From positions 1 to 40,745 of the forward strand of contig CAJVPI010000232.1 of assembly GCA_910592345.1 (NCBI GenBank): a stretch of 40,745 nucleotides of DNA, written 5' to 3'. Under the pieces are notes generated by a model. It was not told where the DNA came from. It searched no databases and saw nothing but the letters and a program-made list of their open reading frames with translations. A program made the translations under genes and the position numbers. Below, in pieces: positions 35,321 through 40,745 of this stretch. Within the stretch, counting starts at the first letter, position 1. Every line of letters starts with the position of its first letter. Origin of the DNA: Paraglomus brasilianum (lineage: Eukaryota).

Positions 35321-36714
35321 ATGGAAACTAGACTGGATTGTGCTATAAAAGCCAGTAATCAACTGGTAACAACTTTACATCGTGACGGTTTGGACAACGG
35401 ATGTGTCACAACGTTTAATGACTCTTTGGTTATTAGGCAGGTAAAGAGTTGAACCCATTTTTTGGTGGAATAATTGCTATAACTTGCCGCCGTGTTTTTT
35501 TAATAAACAAAAATTTTCCTTGATTATACACATTCACATACGTGTACGTATTTTAGAACTTTACGGATGACGAAAATAGGCTTCATCGTTCCCTCAATTC
35601 TTTGAGAAACGCAGCGGCTGGTGAAACCCGTCTTTATGACAGTATATACGATGTCGTCGTAGGAATTTTCCGTCGAAAGGCTAACCGCACTCGTCCTTGG
35701 ATTCTAGTCGTCGTGACTGATGGAGATGACAATTGCAGTACACGAAGTGCTAGGCAATGTGCTCAAGAAGTCTATCGTTTATTTACTAATGAAGAAAGTA
35801 ACTTTTTGTTTGTCGTCGGTGTGGGAAGCGGTGTAAATTCATCTAAACTGCAAGAGGTAAATTTTCTTTTCTCAAAGTTTGACTTACGTCATCAGTTTTC
35901 TCAAAAACACTGCTGCTAACGTCATTTGTTTCTCATGAAGCAAAGGGCAAAAGAAAGCTTTTGCCAATTATCACTTTACTGAATAACCGCACGTCTACGT
36001 ATGTTCAAATAAAAACCAGATGGCCAACGTTGGTAGATTTGAATACATCCATGTCAAAGATTTCCTCCTTCTCGAAGTTGCTTTAATAACTCTTGCTCAC
36101 AAAGTAACCACTTCCCTGTCGCTTTCCGTCAACGCCCTCTCTGTTGGTAATGTTTCCGCATCTTGGGCTGAAGTTCAAGAACATAGAAAACTCAGCAACG
36201 TTGCCATTGATTACGGTTTGCTGATAGACATGTCGACATCCATGAACGAAATATCGAGCAGGGCACAATGTTTTGAGGGACATGATTTGAGAAAGTATAG
36301 GTTGGGACCGTGGATTTGTGACGTATGCGGAAAAAACGGCCCGACAGAAGTAGGTTTTTTAATGCTTTATTGTTAGAACTTTTGAATAGGTTGTCAAATC
36401 ATACTAACGTATAATAACATTTCATGTAGATGTCTGAGTACCATTGCCCCAAATGTGACTTTAATGCATGCCATAGCCATTGCGTATCCGGCAGTCCTTG
36501 CAAACCAACCAGCAGCTGTCCAAACAAACATCCAATGCGATACGTAAATAAAAAAGACCCATGGCGATGTGACGAAGACAAAAAATTGTATACAGGAAAA
36601 AGGCTTCGATGTGATCGGTGTGATTATGATATATGTCCAAATTGTCTAATAGAGGCAGAGAGAGCAGACAGAGCGCTTGCCTATCTCATGGCTAGCTTAC
36701 TCTTGCGAGATTAG
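35321..36714 (+). CDS. VWA-domain protein (apparently circularly permuted) with two C-terminal ZZ/C1-like zinc fingers, about 344 aa, 4 exons
   Basis: Exons 35321-35440, 35557-35856, 36020-36349 and 36430-36714, all with phase-0 GT-AG introns. VWA motifs TRLDCA, VTTFN, GETRLYDSI, LVVVTDGDDN, FVVGVG, LQEMA..G..Y, then IDYGLLIDMSTSM. Two CxxxH..WxCD..CxxCD[FY]..C repeats follow. Confidence 0.85.
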
Positions 36715-39700
36715 AAAGTAGTTTGATTAGATTTAAAGTTGTTGCACTAAGCTTATTTATATATTTATCAATTTTTAAACTAGCAATAAATAGTGAAACG
36801 AGATTTGGTTGAGCACAAACAATATAATGTCAAATAAAACGAGAAATATAACAAGTAGAAAATATTTTAATTGACAGCGTTTCGTCTTAGCGACAGTGAA
36901 TACATTATTCTCAAGACATTCCTGTCTCTGCAGATTTATTACGAGATAAACTTTCATGATTAGACGACAATTAATGAACGAGCCCTTGTTACCTGAATAA
37001 GAAAATTTTCGACATTTTCGACATTTCCGAGCAGACGATTGATAATAGTGCTATTATTATTATATGATTTGAATCTTAACTCAATTATAATTTGCCGGCT
37101 TCTAACCAATCGAGGAGTTTTTTTGAAATGCAAACTAGTAAATCACATGCCTCGATACAATACTAATGGTGATCCTGCAGGTAATTTTCAGGATTAAACT
37201 TTTAACCTTAATATGAAAGCAAAGGTTTCGCTTTGGATAAGCAATGTCTATATTATTCGGCCTCAAGAAGAAAACGAAACTCATTAAAATAAAAACTGGA
37301 CAAAGAAATTGAAAACTCAAGATGGCAATATAGCACCAATACTGTATATTCATTAGCAACTCACAACAGAGATAAACATTTAATAACCAGCTACCATGTA
37401 CTCTCTACTCTATATCTGATATTCAACCAGAGGGTTTGCCTCCGACTAATGGTGTTCTTATTGACTATGTGTCTCAGGTACAATAAATTATATTTAAACA
37501 ATAATGACAGATTTCCTCACTCGTAGATAATAAAATCCGCCGTCCGTCGTTATTCTTGACATTTATTTTTAATAAACAATAACGACTTTCATTGGGGTGT
37601 ATGGGTCAATAGAAACAGGCAATTGAGTCAACCTTTTATATGAATGGCAGCTTTATTAAGATCTGCTCTTCATATCGATTCTGATAGCGACGATTTCCAT
37701 AGCCAATTGGTATAGTCAAATTCACATTGGTGTAAATTATATGAGCATGGATTCAGTGATGATTGATGACGAAAGAATCAAGCCAATCGGTATACCCAAA
37801 TTCAAATCGTACTTAATATTCTGGGTCAATTCATTGCACACACGTTGGCAACAATTACGCTTAACAAACATATAAGCTTCATGAGCATTGGATTCTTGGT
37901 TATTGTCTCAGTACTGATTGACGACGAAATCGATTTCACGTCTTCGATATCATTATAATATACATATTATATACAGTATATACCATTACGTCCCAATTTC
38001 TCAATACACTATCATAATGTGAAGGTAATAATGAAAGAGGTTAGTCAGAAGCACATTTCTTCATGAAGCTTGTCCTCGCAAAGTACTGCTGTAACTGTTA
38101 TATATTACTGACAGTTTGTAGCAGCAGCAAGTTGTATTTCAAAGGATATAAGGGAACTTTAGTGGCCTCTCAGATTTCGCATTGCACTTCGCTTTACCCA
38201 CATACGTATATATATGTACTACTTACGAAATCTTCCTTCTCTTAAAAATGTTGTTCAGAAAAAGATCGCTTCAGAGTTTTATTTTCATTTAACCAACTCA
38301 ACAGACTGAAAATTAATCTGGCAGAACGCTTCTTTGAGAAGCCATAAAAAAATGCTTATTACTCGACGTAGAAAATAAGTGCGCACCTTTCTTACAGTCA
38401 CACAAGGCAAACAATTAAGTGTACGTAAAGCGGCGCCAAGACATTGCCTTACGAACACAAGTTATGAAACAATTTAAATTATAAACTGATGCAAGTTTTG
38501 AAGAGCTTTGGTTTGGGTGAGCTAAACACATATGAGTTGTGATCAAAGCTTTGTCTTTCCTCATGACAGAATAAGACTTCAGAACCATGGAACGTTCAGA
38601 ATATGACAAAAAAAAAGACAAAGTGTGAAGTGATTTCCCAAAAACATATAATAAGTAGTGATATTGTTTCAACGAGAAACACCTATTATCGACGGATACT
38701 CATTTACTGCAAGCATAATCACACCCCAGAGTCGTTCTTCAAAAATCAACTAGCCATGCATGAATGGGGGTGTCTGTACGATGCTTAAGGACGTGCGAGG
38801 GGGGGCCCAAACGGAACATGCCAGATTATCAATAAATGTAAGTTTGAACGAACCACTTAAAAGGCGTGCGGGGCTAAAATTCGGAGCCATTAACTCCACC
38901 GAATACGCAAAGTCAAGTACGAACGAAACTCGAATACATTAACTACACTTAATGAATAAACACGCCCAAACAGAACATGTCAATCCATCCACATGCATGC
39001 ATTATCGTTTATTCTTTGTGCATTAGCCGCATTTTATAATAGTAGATGGAGAAGGTTCTCGCAAATTTGCAAGCTAATCGAAGACATGCTTTATAATGCA
39101 AAATAATTTTAATACTTCCAGTTGAGAGAGACATGACTTTCTGAATACTTTTAATGCTAAATGGGGTTATTACGTGTATTAATAAGTGCACGACGTCTGT
39201 AGTGATATAATATTTGACGGGTACAAAGAGCTAGTGGCCTATTGATTATCATTGAATAAATAAAACGAATATCAGGTTGTAAGAAGGCCATTTTGTAGAT
39301 TTTACAATAAAATTGTAAAAGCACTTACAACGAATTATATATATACCCCTCTTTACAGTCGCTGGTTTTAAAAAAATTAATAGTGTGAGGGACAATCGTA
39401 TATTCACGCAAGCAAAATGTTATAGTAAGAACATCAGTTACAATAATAGTAGTCATTATTATAAATATAATAACTTACTCTATCACTATATACAGGGATA
39501 CGGACTTTACGCTTTTCTTATCATATTGCTTGTTATCGATCTCACCACTATCAATCGTGACAGTCAGTCGCAATATGATGTAATATGTTACACTGCAAAC
39601 TCCCACACTCCTTACTGCGTAGATAACGATATTAGTCAGTTTAATTAAATTATACGCGTGACTTATCGGACTTTTAACAGTGAAAAAAAATTTTACTCGT

Positions 39701-39899
39701 GTGCTCTGAAATGTCACATTGATACTATTGTTCCTCTGTACGTCAATCACGATATGATGTAACGATGTGTTACCCTAGGCAATATATCGATACCTGTGTA
39801 TGCTTTATTATTGGTTGACAGTCGCAGATTCTCACACTCCTTACTGCATAAGATAAGACATTTATACTTATAAGGTTGCGTACGACAGCGATTGATAAT

Positions 39900-40745
39900 A
39901 TCAAGTAGTACCAATATGTCATCATCCGTCATCCAACGCGTCTACTCATACATATATATATACCCAGACTCTTCCATCCATTGCACATACAACTCCTACT
40001 CCTCCTCTTCCTCCAAAACGCAAATACAACAACGAATAATTTCTATGCTGATACTCTATATTACATATAACACTCTCCGATACTATACCGTTACTCTCCA
40101 TCGCTCCTCCTCCAAAGCAGAAGAAAAAAAAAAGAGCTCATACTCAATAGAAATTTAAAAACTCTCGAAATATATAAATTGAAAGTCGATGATGCTACGC
40201 ATGTAATAGGAAACATTTCAAGAGTTTCACGGACCCCGGATGGAACGACGACGCCTGCTTCGACAAGGACCGTGTCGCCCACTTCACCAACTTTCGCTAC
40301 CAAGCACGACACTCCATCATTCGACACGTTATCTAGCCGTAAATCCGAGGTCGAAGATATTTTCTCACCATTTACTATACGTCAAATTCGCAACCGTCCT
40401 CCCCAGTCTCCACCAGTGCGCAACTTCAATTGAGAAGCAGCACAATGCTTGACATGTCAGTTGCCACTCCAAGACGGCAGAAGTCAATCTAGTCCTAGAC
40501 CCCAGTCTGGATTGTAATATCAGGATGTCAACTTGAATAATCGTCGAATAACAATGAACGTTATGAATCCATATATCGAATAATTCTTCTGCGGCATCTA
40601 AAAATTTATAATAATCAGCAAACATTGTTTAATAATTTGCAACAGTGGGTTTGGCATCACAACAGGGAGGGGACGTCTTCAAATTTCAATCCGTCGTATC
40701 CAAAGACAATTTTCCCGCGCCTGTTAATTCAACGAATCCGTTTGC
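39900..40745 (+). pseudogene. Frameshifted remnant of an S/T/P-rich protein with PxxP and NPF motifs; runs off the window
   Basis: Different + frames give TTPTPPLPPKRK (~39990-40025), TTTPASTRTVSPTSPTF...EDIFSPF...RPPQSPP (40179-40433) and FPAPVNSTNPF (window end), separated by stops and without convincing introns. Confidence 0.4.

Noticed and set aside
8063..36714. Minor (U12-type) introns
   Set aside because: None of the inferred donors matches RTATCCTT; all look like U2-type GT-AG.
1..40745. tRNA/rRNA genes and the many 60-90 aa ORFs in the track
   Set aside because: No cloverleaf or rRNA-like sequence recognised by eye. The short ORFs are exon fragments, antisense shadows or motif-free AT-rich frames, often with TTG/GTG starts.

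Overview
AT-rich eukaryotic DNA with short GT-AG introns. The gene families point to a fungus, most likely Glomeromycota (arbuscular mycorrhizal) or a related Mucoromycota lineage (inference). Ten protein-coding genes were assembled by hand: an intronless MYND-finger protein, a tail-anchored EEP-superfamily phosphoesterase, three tandem 7TM GPCR paralogs with identical intron positions, six-exon NOP56, two tandem O-fucosyltransferase-like type II membrane proteins, an F-box/LRR protein, and a four-exon VWA + tandem zinc-finger protein. Also present: a decayed transposase-like pseudogene at the left end, a pogo/Tigger-like MITE, a Mutator-like MITE with a perfect 9-bp target-site duplication, and other gene remnants. 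Most striking observations: (1) the VWA domain looks circularly permuted, with the MIDAS DxSxS strand after the rest of the fold; (2) several NOP56 introns fold back on themselves or on their own splice sites and carry C/D-box-like words, suggesting splicing autoregulation; (3) two of the three GPCRs have lost the cytoplasmic tail, and one keeps it as an out-of-frame fossil after the stop. No rRNA, tRNA or CRISPR array was recognised. All exon structures and folds are by-eye predictions.
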